A stretch of 64,000 nt of DNA, taken from assembly GCA_973895155.1 (NCBI GenBank), contig OZ316896.1, forward strand, positions 16,347,752-16,411,751. Reading direction: 5' to 3'. This DNA comes from Marsupella aquatica. Lineage: Eukaryota > Plantae > Marchantiophyta. Shown here piece after piece: positions 38,310-50,587 of this stretch; within the stretch, counting starts at the first letter, position 1, and each line of letters starts with the position of its first letter. The translations under genes and the position numbers were made by a program. The notes under the pieces were generated by a model. That model was given only the letters and a program-made list of their open reading frames with translations. It ran no database searches and was not told where the DNA came from.

Positions 38310-39130
38310 TAGACTGTAGTCTCTAGACGGTGACTCTAACTGACTCTAACTAACTAAGGGCATAACTGACGATGCAGACAAGAAAACAAGAATGGGGCAA
38401 AGTTGAATGGGAAATTGCGGTGAATCAGTTCTTTTGCAAATTCCCTTTTTGTCTTGACCTCTGTATATGTTCATGGAACCGGTAACCAGGCTGGTAAGTA
38501 TGTAGTCCTAATCAAAAGCTACTCAGGTCTACCATCTAGAGTGGAACCTCTAGACCCTGACTTCCAAGGGGATAACTGAAATTGCATACACAAAGCAGGG
38601 ATGGTGGCAAAGATGAACAGAAATGACAAGGAATTTCTTTTTGGAGGGTCTTTCCTTGTCTCATCTCCAGTTACTTTTAAGGAATGGGTAATCAGTCCTA
38701 GTAAGTATCTCCTCTCAATCAAAAACCATTTCCAGGGCCTACCTTCTAGAGTGAAGCCTCTAGTCCATGACTATGTGCATAACTGGAAGTGGGGGTGCTA
38801 AGAATGGGGGAAAATCATAAATGAGAGCAATAATGAGGAATCTTTTCTGGCAAAGTTTTTTTTAATACTCACTCATATTTATGCCCAAAAGAATTGGTAG
38901 TCAGGCTAGTAAATATAGTATAGCAATTTGCAGCTTTTGGGCCTCTTGTCTAGAGTGAAGACTCTAGAATGTGACTAGTGAACATAACTGAAATGAGGGT
39001 GCAGGGAGTAAATAAAAATGAGGCAAGATAATAAGGATTGTATTTGCAAGATTTTTTGTCCTCTCCCTATTTATGTTCAAGGAATGGACAGTGACGTTAG
39101 AAACTATGTAAAGGCAATCTAAAGCTACTC
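38310..39130 (+). repeat. Degenerate tandem array of four ~210-bp units of Helitron-like family A
   Basis: Units start CTAGA(G/C)TG..CTCTAG at 38310, 38536, 38746 and 38950. Each has ATAACTG and a TATGTTCA..GAA..GGTAG..GCTAG-like end that matches the reverse complement of 10558-10610. Confidence 0.7.
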
Positions 39131-40440
39131 TCAACGTTTATTTTCCAAAGTGAAAGTCTAAAGCACAACAAAAAGAGCATTGAAAAAGCAATTGAGGGAA
39201 CAGAGCAGTGAGTTCTCCACCATCCACGTTTATGTCATGCACGCAAAGCACAAAGCCAGATGGGAAGCCACGTAGTTTGGTAAGGGACCAACTTTACCTT
39301 TCCAACTGGAGATTGTGTTGGCCTCGAATAATTATGTGGTGTATCTGAAAAGCCATTGGGGATTTTCATAAATTTTCCAGAGCACCATGAGACACGGATT
39401 ACTGTGCAATCTTGTCTAGCACTGTTTACTCATGTAGACTGAGTGGCATTTTAGTTAATGATAAGGGGTCCAGGAGATGAGATAACATTAGGCATTGAGT
39501 TTACCAAATTATTCCCAAAATCTTGTCTCCTCCATAGACTGACGAATGATACAAGGAGACAATTCTAGAAATGAGCCATATTGTCTAAAATTTGCCTCAA
39601 GTTGCAGCTCCATTGACCACATCTTTGAAGGTCTATAAGGACAGTTATCAAGACTAAGAAGGATTTCGTTATCCATAATTTGAGTACAGTTTATGGATAA
39701 ATATTGAATGGCCCCCATCTATTTTCCCTCACATATTTAGAGGCTTCAGGCAGTCAGCTTCCATACAAAATGTGCTGAATCTACACAAATCAATCACTGA
39801 TATTGTCTTCGTAATAATTACTGTACAATAATCTCAAGTAATGCAGTCCCTACGTTACTGACATATTTTTTCCTCGAGCGATTGTTTTCCAAGCCTAGTG
39901 TACTGTCGCGCAGTCTTTTCGTAATACTTTGTATACTCAGCAGAGTCTCGTCATTTCAAGCATATTTAACTCGTGGAATCTCCTTCGACACACTTGCCCA
40001 CGTCATTAACCCCTTCATTCCAATTACTTTTTTTTGGGCAGAAAAGTCAATATAGTGATGTTGCGCCAATGGGATGGGACCCATGATTTGTCAAAAGTAC
40101 TTGGACATATTCTTGTCTAGGCAAGACAAAAATTGGCTTGGTACATTAGCACCCAGTGAGGAGATTTGATATTCCATCATGCCTTTGCTAAAGAGCTTTC
40201 CCTCCTGTTTGAAGAAAATTAAAATAAATTTCTCACTGTTCAAAAGGTTCGTATACCACAATGCCCTTGCTCAAGAACTTCATCTTATTATTACTCCTTA
40301 ATGCCCTTCATTCAGCGCTTTATCTTTCAGGTCTTAAAGTGTATTAACGCCATCTTACAAGGGCATAAAGGACTAAGCTAAGGCCTTCATTCTTTGGGGC
40401 CTTATGGCCCACAACGCAATGCCCGTTTACCAGGGCCCTT

Positions 40441-40700
40441 TGTGATTTTCAGGGCATTATTGAAGAAAAATGGACATTCAAGAATTTGTATCAGCTGATT
40501 AAGAACATTGGTTTCCTTTTAGTAAAACTAGCCCCTCAAAAAAGTAAGTCTATTAGGAACATAATGGGCTTGTGATTTTCAGGGCATTATTGAAGAAAAA
40601 TGGGCATTCAAGAATTTGTATCAGCTGATTAAGAACGTTGGTTTCCTTTTAGTAAAACTAGCCCCTCAAAAAAGTAAGTCTATTATGAACATAATGGGCT
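40441..40700. repeat. 130-bp tandem duplication (40441-40570, 40571-40700)
   Basis: Near-identical copies, about 3 mismatches. Confidence 0.95.
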
Positions 40701-41931
40701 ATAATAGCCGCTCAAAAACTCAAGCTCCAGCTCTCATTTTTAGTGGCATTATATCTCACAATACCTTCTAAACTGGACTTTACTATATAAACAATGCCCT
40801 TCGTGATTATGGCCCACACTGCACAGGACTTCACTATATTCAGCAATCCACTCATCCTTCCCATTCATTACAACAGAGCATGCTTCAGTACCAATTTTAG
40901 CTATGGGTGGTGAGTGTGGACAATGCATATGTTACTGCCCTTTGTAATTATGGTCCACAATGCACAGTCTGTTACTATAATAGGGAGTCACAAAGCTTGG
41001 AAATTACAGATGATGAAATTTGGTCATAAAGAACAGGTCATGACTTTTTAGCAAGACTATGTAAAAGACTTTTTTGTTTTTTCTTCCACCCGTCTCTGTG
41101 ACCAATCCTGACTAATCCTTCTCTATAGTGACCAATTCTGGCTAATCCTTATGGCAAAAGTGACGAACTATGAATTCTGTAATCCATAACTTTTTGTGTC
41201 AGCTAAGGTACATGTAGGGAGCTAAGGTACCTCAAATTGCCAGCTTTGAGAAGGTAAGCTTTGAAGACAATAAGGACTCATTCATCCTTCCACTTTATTA
41301 CAGCATCAATACCAATGTCAGTTATGGGTGCTGAGTGTGGACAACGGAGATGCAGGTCGTGGTCGAAGGAAGGTCCGTTGAGTCCGTTGGCTCCTCATGA
41401 TATGGAAAAGAGAGTCGTATCTCAACTCCTGGTTTTCCTCTATATCCTGAAGGAGGAAATTCCAATGTGCACAAGGATACCCTAATCTTTCTCTCTCTCT
41501 CTCTCTCTGTTGCAACCTCAAGAGTGACGAGGGGAGAGAGTATTGTATTCGAGGCGTCACCACAATTCTGCAGGAGATTCGCATCCTGGGGAATCGTGCA
41601 ACAGAGCCTTGCAGCATCAATCAATTGACTGATTCTGCAGCTGAAAATGCCTGCGTGAAAAACGGAACCCAGAGAGAGAGAGGGTGTGAGAAGAAAAAGA
41701 AACAAACAGAGCATCTTCTTGGACCAGCTCAGAGGCTCCTGCCGAAATAGTCAACAGCATTGTTTCCTCGGTTCGATTCCTTGCTTGCCCGTTCGCTCCC
41801 CACCTCCGTCCCGTTCCGTTCAGTTCAGCCCCGGCACCATAGATTCGGACCCCACCTCATTGACGTTGTTGTTTTATATACACACAATTTCCACACTCAC
41901 GAAAAGAGACGGGGACAGAGAGAGAGAGAGC

Positions 41932-44900
41932 ATGAAGAGGATGTGCTCAAAGCTCCCCATCAGCTGTGACATTATTTCTTCTCAACTGTTAGCAACAGCC
42001 GCCGGGAGACCTGTGAAGTTCAGAAGAAGCATCGCTGGTCCCATCACCATCAGCACTGTCGTCGTCCCCTTTGCAATTATCATAGTCCGGTCTCCCAGTT
42101 CCTCCAGCTCATGTTTAGAACCTGTTGTTGCCACTCACGAGCGCGTTGCTGCTGCTGAGAGAGGAGGCACTCGCCTTTTGTCATCCTCAGCTTTAAATCA
42201 AGACCTTCGTCCTTTTAGAGATCAGGAGCTCAAACTCTCTGGAAGCGAAGTTGCTGATAGAAGAAGTAGGAGTACTTTCGATAGAGTTACTGTGAGCAAA
42301 ACCAATAGTAGTATTTGTGGGTTCTCATCATTAAGTTCATCCTGTTTATGGAATAATTATCGTTACCATTGCAAATCCCAGAGGTTGTTGGGCTCTCGAG
42401 ATCAGAGTAGACTACCTTCTGTTGTTCCTCGTGCTTTCCGGAGGAGACGAACCAGGGTCTGTCGCTGGGTCTTGCCAGCATTGAGCTACAGGCGTCGTGT
42501 GTGTGTAGTAGAAGGTAAAAGTTCCTCATCAAGGGCGTCTTGTGAGAAGGCTCTCTGTTTGAGCAGAGTGAGTGGTTTGTCTGGGAAGAGAGCGTCTGGA
42601 TTTTTTTTTGAGAGGATGGAGTTATTTAAGCCGCAGCTGATGGACACTATGCCGTTTCGGTTTATGTCCGAGTATCACACCGCCCCACCGAGGGCGGTGA
42701 AGGATGCCGTCAGTCCAATCTTTTTTTTTGGGTTTGGGCAATCGAAGCCAGTGGTGGAACTGGTTCAGGCCGGGGATCCAGTGTTGCACGAGCCTGCAGC
42801 GGAAGTGAGGCCGGAGGAGATAGGGACTGCTCGCGTTGAAAAGATTATCAATGACATGGTCGCTACTATGCGGAATGCTCCCGGTGTGGGCCTCGCTGCC
42901 CCCCAAATCGGTGTTAATTTGCAGGTCTGGTTCTTGCTCCTCGCTGTCTTCTCATCTGTTTGCTTGGAGTACGTTTGTAGTACGTCTATGTCCTTTAAGA
43001 AGTCTGGCAACTTGCCTCTCAGCTTTGTTCTCCATCAGTCAGGACCAGCGAACTCCGACGCTACTCACTCGCTCCCAGGGCAAGGCAGTGGCCAGAAGAC
43101 GATGGGCGAGGACCAGAATAATGTGCCTTAGTCAATCAATTGTAGCCCCGAGTTGGATTTGTGTGGTCAGTGTTATGGACTGAAATGTGTCTCCCGTGTC
43201 CAGTTATTCTGCCTTTCTCAACTTTCGGGGTCCTCGTAGTATTTAGGTCCCATTCATTCATGACGGTCTACCTTCATTTTGTCTCGGTTCCATTTTCTAA
43301 TCCATTTTGAGTTCCCCGAATCTGAAGTACTCTGGACGGTTTAGGAGAGAGAGAGCCAGAGAGGTCCTGAAATGGCAGTTGTCAGTTTTCCGCGTGGTTG
43401 TCCGAGTCCATCAATTTCTGCCTCTTGCTGGGGAAAAGGAGGGATGCAGGAGCAGTTAGTTAGAGTCCGCTCCTTGGCAGGTTTCGGGACGTCGACAATC
43501 CCGCCTCGCATAATCCCTGCCATGTCGGGTCGATTTGGAACGCTTTCGGCCGCCTCTAATTTCTGGGCGGCGGTTTCCGTCTTCCAAATCGTGCTTAGAA
43601 GGAGGCTAGATCAGAACCATGCTTTGTTGAGTCGCAAGCCAATTCTTTTGTTAGTTCCCTAATTTGGAGTTTTGCTGATTTGATTGTATGGCTCTCGGAA
43701 ATTCTTGTGTAATACTGGTCTCAGAGCTTGGTGAGTTTCCTGTGGACTGTCGATCAAGTCCATTCAATTATAATATCTGACTCTCATGGGTTAGCTCATT
43801 TCACTAGATCGATTTTGAATGCCTATTCTGTCAGTACTCGGAGTATTTTTACACGTCAGTAGCCGTCTCGTTTTTAAGCGGCAGATTCGAATCTCATGCG
43901 ATGAATGACCAAATGAAATCGTACTGATCTGGTTCCCTAATGAGCTGCGGGATAGATCGTTGTCGTCGCCGTTCTGGCAGTGTGTCGTTCTTTTCCGACC
44001 AACGACAGTTGAAGACTAAAGTTCTCCTTACTCAGGGCTAATAAATGTGATGAGAGAATTACGGGAAACATAGAGGTTGTCCAATTGTGGAGACTGGTGT
44101 TGTTTTCTTAACTGGATCGTGTTGTGCTGTTGCAGATCATTGTTTTGGAGGATACCAAGGAGCTCATGAGCTATTCCTCACCAGAGGAGTGTGAATCTCA
44201 GCAACGCTTTCCTTTCGACTTGCTGGTATGCTCTCTCCGGTCCTATTTTTTCATTCAGTCACTTTTGGAACCCTTTTCTCTGATCTTATATCTAAGGCGA
44301 CGAAAATATGAGAACGGCGTAAGGAGTATGGTCTGGTCGGCGGCTATCCGAAGCTATGCTATGAGTTTGGCGTCTTCCTGTGTTTGTTGGCAATTTAATC
44401 CTGTCTCGTTTTGGATATTGAAGGTGATCTTGTGAGATGTGCTTTGCCTGGAGTGATTCTTTTTAAAGTTGAATTCCCAGAGTGTGCATAAACTATGGCT
44501 CAACGTCACGCAACTTTTGCAAGTTTGTCTTTCTTTAATAGTTTGAATCCTACTTTGTGCTCTGCAGGTTATCATCAATCCGAAATTGACGTCTAAGAGT
44601 GGTTCTGGTAGTGCTGTTTTCTTTGAAGGTTGCCTAAGGTACGAACACCTGTCTCCCTGCTGAATTTTACAGAGTACCATAGTAGAAGCCAGTGTGCACT
44701 CCAAAGCCTGTGCGATTTGAGTAGATATATATGTCAAAACTTTGAGAGTGTGATCAACTACAGTACTGTCCGCACCACCCTGTTCATTGTTAGACGACTT
44801 CTCTTTCAGTTAATTGCTCGGCAGATGAATGGCCTTACAAGTAGGAAGTTGTGTATGGCTCACATTTTGGCTGATTGTTTGTCAACCAACAGTGTTGAGG

Positions 44901-45160
44901 GATATCGGGCACTGGTGGAGAGGGACTTGGAGGTCGAAGTCACTGGGCTTGGTCGCGACGGTCGTCCAATTTGTGTAGAAGCAAGTGGTTGGAAAGCTCG
45001 GATTCTTCAGCATGAGTGCGACCACCTTGCCGGGACCCTCTATGTTGATAAGATGGTACCTAGGACCTTTCGAACAAAGGACAATTTGAGACTGCCTTTA
45101 CCTGCCGGGTGCCCAAAGCAAGGTGTTTGCAAACATTCTAGCAAAAGCCTCAAAGTTTAG
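41932..45160 (+). CDS. PDF1A: Peptide deformylase 1A (organellar), 4 exons; start codon uncertain (41932 or 42616)
   Basis: Exons to 42924, 44136-44225, 44568-44638, 44893-45160. Motifs [39 protein letters not shown] and the C-terminal LPLPAGCPK typical of type 1A. Confidence 0.93.
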
Positions 45161-48100
45161 GGGTGTGTACACTTATCATGCTGGTGGTCAAAAACCTTGT
45201 ACAGAAGAATTTCCGTTGTCTGAAAACATCATTAACAGTTCAAAGCTCATTGCACACCTTAGCTTCTGCAACGGACCATTTGTTAGCAATCAAGGAAGGA
45301 CGGGAGTTGCAATAAGCGGCTTGACTGAGGTACCAATGATATCATCGAGTATAGCTGAATGCAGGCATTGTAAGATATTGTAAACAAGTTTAGGCTCTCC
45401 TTAGCACCCAGCCTAGTAGCTATGGACGAGCAATGGAACCCTTTGCCAGAGGTTGTACTTAGGAGCTCACTGCCATCTACCAATAAAAATTGTAGGCAGA
45501 GGTGGATGGGTTTACTCTCAGGAGGTTAGGACATCCATCCATTTACACGTGCTCATTCAAAAGACATAGTTAGTGCGGTAACACCATCTGTCAGGCAAGG
45601 GGAAGATCTGTGACTGTTTCCTTCCCGCCCTGGAGTGCTACATGTAGGCTAGCTCCGACTGCACTTCTGTAGGTAAAGGAGATTGTCAACAGTCTAATGT
45701 CTAATACGTTATTGGAGGTCCCACGGAACAGCTGTGAATCTGTCGGTGAAGTCTTTGTGTTTTCACAGGACCTAGGTTGCAATTAAACTGATCTCCTCTT
45801 ATGCTTGATAAGTGATAGATTTGAAGAAAGGACAATCTAGCAGCTACATGTGGAGAAAATAGTTTAAAGACTACGCAATTCATTGACAGGACACAAACTG
45901 TACGAAGTCATCTGTTTTTATTGATGAGAAACTAGAGAATCTTACTCATGGACACACTCGAATCGTTAAGAGTTTGAGTCCATGCTAACTCAGTTCATTC
46001 CGACAGATGAAGTAGTTTGATTCTCTCAATTTCAAAGGTACGGAGACTTTGAAACTCGAAGCACAAGTACGTCGTACGAGGGGAATAATCACTGTATATG
46101 TAAAGTGGGTAGAAACGCTAACGAATTAAGCCACTACAAATTCTGAAACCGTATCATACTATCACGTCAATATTTCCCAGTACGAAAACTAAATGCTTTG
46201 TATGATATTCCTACTGTACAACTCCTAAACAAACGGTGCCAATCAAGGAGGTCCACAGATAACATGTCTAATTGCAATCCACTAAATGTCCTGTACCATG
46301 GAATATCTAAACATTTTATACTGGTGAACAAAGAGCACAATATGTATAACTGAAATACTTCCAAATGAAAGTCACATGGGCATAGCGTTTGTTTTGCCCA
46401 ACCCTATGGACTCTGTAACACGATGACTCACTTTATAGCCAAAACTCACACTGCTGGGCTCCTTTTGGAAGGGCCTTTCACTTTTGAGAAGGATGCCCTC
46501 AGTAGTTTTTCCAGTTGCCCCAATCACCTCTTAAATGTTGGTTTTGGCAGATTTGTGCATCTGGTTTTTGGTGGCCTTGTGCATCTGTTTGTTCTACTTT
46601 GGATCTTTGTTTAAGCTCAAGTGTTTTTTGAACATGTTCTCTGATACCCAATCTATTACTTGACAGACTTTGAAATTTTCTGAGATCATTTGCTCTATTG
46701 CCAATGAGTGCTAAATGGTCAAACACTATAAACCAAAAAAGTTTCTGCATGACTAGCGACTGACCAGTTTGGGGAAGGACTCTTCCTTTTTCTAAAGTAT
46801 GCCAGAGTAGTGTGGGTATGAGTATCACTTTGCGGAAGGAAGTTTAATTTTTGTGAAGGACACCTTGAGTAGTTTGAACAAGGACTTACCACAGCGTAGA
46901 CTAATGGAAACTGGCTGCAAATGGCCAGGAGTCCATTTACAGGTCATATTTCAGTCAAGATTGTAAAAATTGCTATTTGAACATTTTTTGATGTTATGAA
47001 TCTGTCCCATCCTAGCTTTGGAAATCCATGGGGACTTTCATAGCAAACTGATAGGAGTACAATTAGTGGGAACCCTGTTGCAAAATCTTGTTTTTCAAAC
47101 AGTGTAGCTCATGTTACGCAAAGTGGTTTGATTAATTTTGCCACTGTGGAGATACCAGCAATTTTAATTTGTGGGAGCGTTGGAGCAGAATCCTATTTTT
47201 CAGTGAACATTGCTCTTGTTTAAAGGGAGGGCTTTGACTAATATTTTGTTGTGGAGCTCCGGAAGATTTTAATTTGTGAGTGTTGTTCTCTCATAACTAC
47301 TGTAGGTGAGTGATTAGTTTCCCTATCACACTCTATGGGATGGCCAAAGACAAAGTATTGGTCCAACCGGGCTTTAAACTTCCAATTTGGAAAGCCAGTA
47401 CCAAAACATTTTAACTTGTCGGAAAACTTGTGGTTCAAAACCAAACACCCCATTCATTTCTTGTTTGGTAGGTGAAAAATGACCAATTTATTAAACAGCA
47501 TAATGGAGAAAAAAAGCAACAGACGTCCACCGAGGAAAAACACGATCAGCAAAAGAGAAAAAGGGCCAAATAAAGTGCAACAAAGCAAAGGAGTAAAAGC
47601 AAAAGAGATCCAAAAGAGGACAGCACGAAACTCAAACTAAGAGGGCAAATGCAAACCCCTAGTTATATAGTTGTCCACCCTGCTGACCGTCTTGGCGTTG
47701 GATGGGGAAAGCCCTTTACAAGTTATATCAAACAACCCAAGTTTTTTTTCTCCTACTAGGGGTATCCTTTCTGGTTTTGTTGGCTCATGGACCACAAGAA
47801 CCTGCTACTGTGCTGCCGTCATGTGGCAATCAGATCAGCAAAATTTGGTTCCAGCAAAATTTGGTTCCAGCAAAATCATGTGGCCATAAATCAAAGTTTG
47901 GTGTCAGCAATATACAAGAATTGAATCCCATCCTTTAGTTCCTCATGATCTCGAAGTCAGACAGCAAGATCCCCAGGGTATATATCCTGCCAAAGTGAGA
48001 ATACTATAATCACGGGATCGATTCCCGAGACCATTTACCACCACCTCCACTACAGCACGAGGACCGTTGAAAAGGGGTGATTCATTCATAAAGGTTGGTC

Positions 48101-49387
48101 ATGGAAAGCAAGTTCTGGAAGCAAACACGAGAGGAAGGGAAAAAAGCTGCAACAGCACTCCACATCCTTCCTTCCACAGTAGTTCTCCATGCCTGAGCTG
48201 GATGCTGGATGAGGTCAAGTGAGATCAGATGCCCTGAGCTACGCTGAGCAAAGGACCCACTCATAGGAGCTTCACCCAATAATAGGCTCATCATTCTGCC
48301 TCGACCTGTCCGCTCCAGAATCGTGGTGCAGGAACTCCCCCTTGTGTGAAACAACTCTAAATTGTACTAACGTACCATCTGCTTGCACATGGAGGATTCT
48401 CGTGGCCATGGATGCTTTGCGAGTATTGTTCATGTTCAACCAAGGGCTGAGAGAAAAATTGGATTTAAATGTTATGGGCTATGAGTAGGCATAGGATTCC
48501 TTTGCGTGTCTCTGTTTGAAGAAAAAGTGCTCCCTGCTTGTTGGGCCCCCCTTGGCCCTTTCGTCGTGTACAGTAAACGATTTTCGAGTCGCAGGTTCAC
48601 AGTCTGCTCCTCTGTCGGCGCGTGGATTCCATTCGTTTGTTCCCCAGATCCACTCAACATCAGGAGGCTTTAGAGGAACTCGAAGGCTGGCCTGTCTTTT
48701 TTCTTTTCTTTTCTGTTTTTACTTCTGTGTCTCAGATGCAGTTGTAACAGGCGAAATTTCCATCCTAAAGATTGGGCCATTTTTTCCCTATGTTTAAGAT
48801 GCAATCGTAATTGGCGAGATTTCCTTCATTGGGAACCCATTTTCTCATTCAACGTTGCCGAGTCTCTTCGCTTCTGACTCTTGTCCAGGTGCGTGCACTT
48901 CGTTTTGTCTGTTGGCGCTGATCTCGGTTGGTTCCGGACCAGAGGGTGAAGTATTGGGGATTGATTGCTCTGGTCTGGTCTGGTCTGGTTGGTCGCTCCT
49001 CTGGAAAGTCTGCCTGTGACGAACGTGTTGTCGATGTCCTTTTGGCACATGGCAAGCCAACACGAGATTATTCTTTCCTGGTGCGTTTGTGGGGATGATA
49101 CGTAATGCTTTACACTGCTGATTGCCTCCATCTCCAGGGTAGTTGTTGCCTTGCCTCGCCGGAGAACCGATGGATGTATGATCCGTCAAAGCAATTTTGG
49201 TCACTCGTCGGTTACTTTCTCCGTTTGGTTGATCTCAATTCCCTCTAAGCGATTTTGGTAGATTGATTGGTTAAATTGGCAGTAGGAAGGGAAAGAAGGA
49301 AGGATTGGACCATCGTCAGAACTGGAGTCATTTGTCTGTAACTTCACAGGAGTGTGTGAAAATTAGGGGATTGCCAATCTGTTCCCA

Positions 49388-50587
49388 ATGAAGGAGGAGG
49401 CTGGATTGCCGTTTGTCATTGAGGCCGAAGAAGTCACTCGCCTGCACAAAGCGTCTGGTTTGAGCCTCGAGGCCTTTCTGGCCACGCTAGTGGAACCCAC
49501 ACGGTCACTGGCGAGGACGCCCGTTTCGAAATTCCACGTGGGAGCGGTGGGCTTGGGATCCAGTGGGAGAGTGTTTCGGGGCGTCAATGTGGAGTTCTCA
49601 GGCCTTCCTCTCAACTTCTCGATTCACGCGGAACAGTTTTTGGTGGCGAATGCAGCTCGAAATGGCGAGCACAGGATTCAGTTCCTGGCAGTGTCTGCTG
49701 CCCCTTGTGGTCATTGTCGGCAGTTTCTTCAGGAGTTGAGAGGGGCAGGGGATATCAGGATTCTGATTGCTGATGAGAAGGCCGAGACAGAGCCTCTCTC
49801 TCATTTTCTACCCCACAGGTTTGGTCCCCAAGATCTCTTGGAGGATGATTTTCCCCTCCTTTTAGAAATCCAATCCAACAATTTGCATTTTCCTCCTCTT
49901 AACGCGCTTCCTTTGTCCAAACCTGGTGCTGTACATTCTAACTCTAGTAACACCTGGCCATCTCCTACGGATGAAGAATTGACCAGAGTATTGCAAGGGA
50001 GGTCTCTGGATACTTCGATTGAAGCGGTCAATGGCCCAGTTTCAGCGGATGCATCGAAGCATGACCTAGATCTGAAATCTGCTGACAGGATTCACGCAAC
50101 CCTCCCGAATTTCGTGGCTATGCATTTGATGAATTCCCCTGCAGCGTTTTCTGACAAATTTCCAGCAGAAGTTCCATCTGGTGATCAATCATTGTCTCCA
50201 CAACAACTGGGTCAACTTCAGCAAGCAGCTCTTGAAGCTCAGGATCTCATTTCGCTTCGGAATGCTGCTCTGGAAGCTGCCAATTCTTCCTACTCACCAT
50301 ACACCAATAGTCCTTCTGGGCTGGCCTTTATGACGACTAAGGGTGCTGTTTATTGGGGCCCTTACTTTGAGTCTGCTGCTTACAATCCTTCGCTGCCCCC
50401 TTTGCAAACGGCCGTTGTTGCTTTCGTAGCTGAAGGTGGAGGGTCTTTTGAGGAGATCTCAAAAGTGGTCCTCGTGGAGAGGGAAGGAACGGCGGTCCGA
50501 CAGGCTGGAGTAGTTCGACTTGGTTTGGAACAAATTTCTCCAAGGGCGTCGTTGCACGTGTTTGAAGCACAATCCCGAAGTTGTTGA
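49388..50587 (+). CDS. CDA: Cytidine deaminase (homodimeric two-domain plant/E. coli type), 399 aa, intronless CDS
   Basis: SKFHVGAVGLG, GVNVEF, HAEQF, APCGHCRQFLQE; second domain AALEAANSSYSPY..PSGLA, ESAAYNPSLPPLQ. Confidence 0.95.
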   Translation: MKEEAGLPFVIEAEEVTRLHKASGLSLEAFLATLVEPTRSLARTPVSKFHVGAVGLGSSGRVFRGVNVEFSGLPLNFSIHAEQFLVANAARNGEHRIQFLAVSAAPCGHCRQFLQELRGAGDIRILIADEKAETEPLSHFLPHRFGPQDLLEDDFPLLLEIQSNNLHFPPLNALPLSKPGAVHSNSSNTWPSPTDEELTRVLQGRSLDTSIEAVNGPVSADASKHDLDLKSADRIHATLPNFVAMHLMNSPAAFSDKFPAEVPSGDQSLSPQQLGQLQQAALEAQDLISLRNAALEAANSSYSPYTNSPSGLAFMTTKGAVYWGPYFESAAYNPSLPPLQTAVVAFVAEGGGSFEEISKVVLVEREGTAVRQAGVVRLGLEQISPRASLHVFEAQSRSC

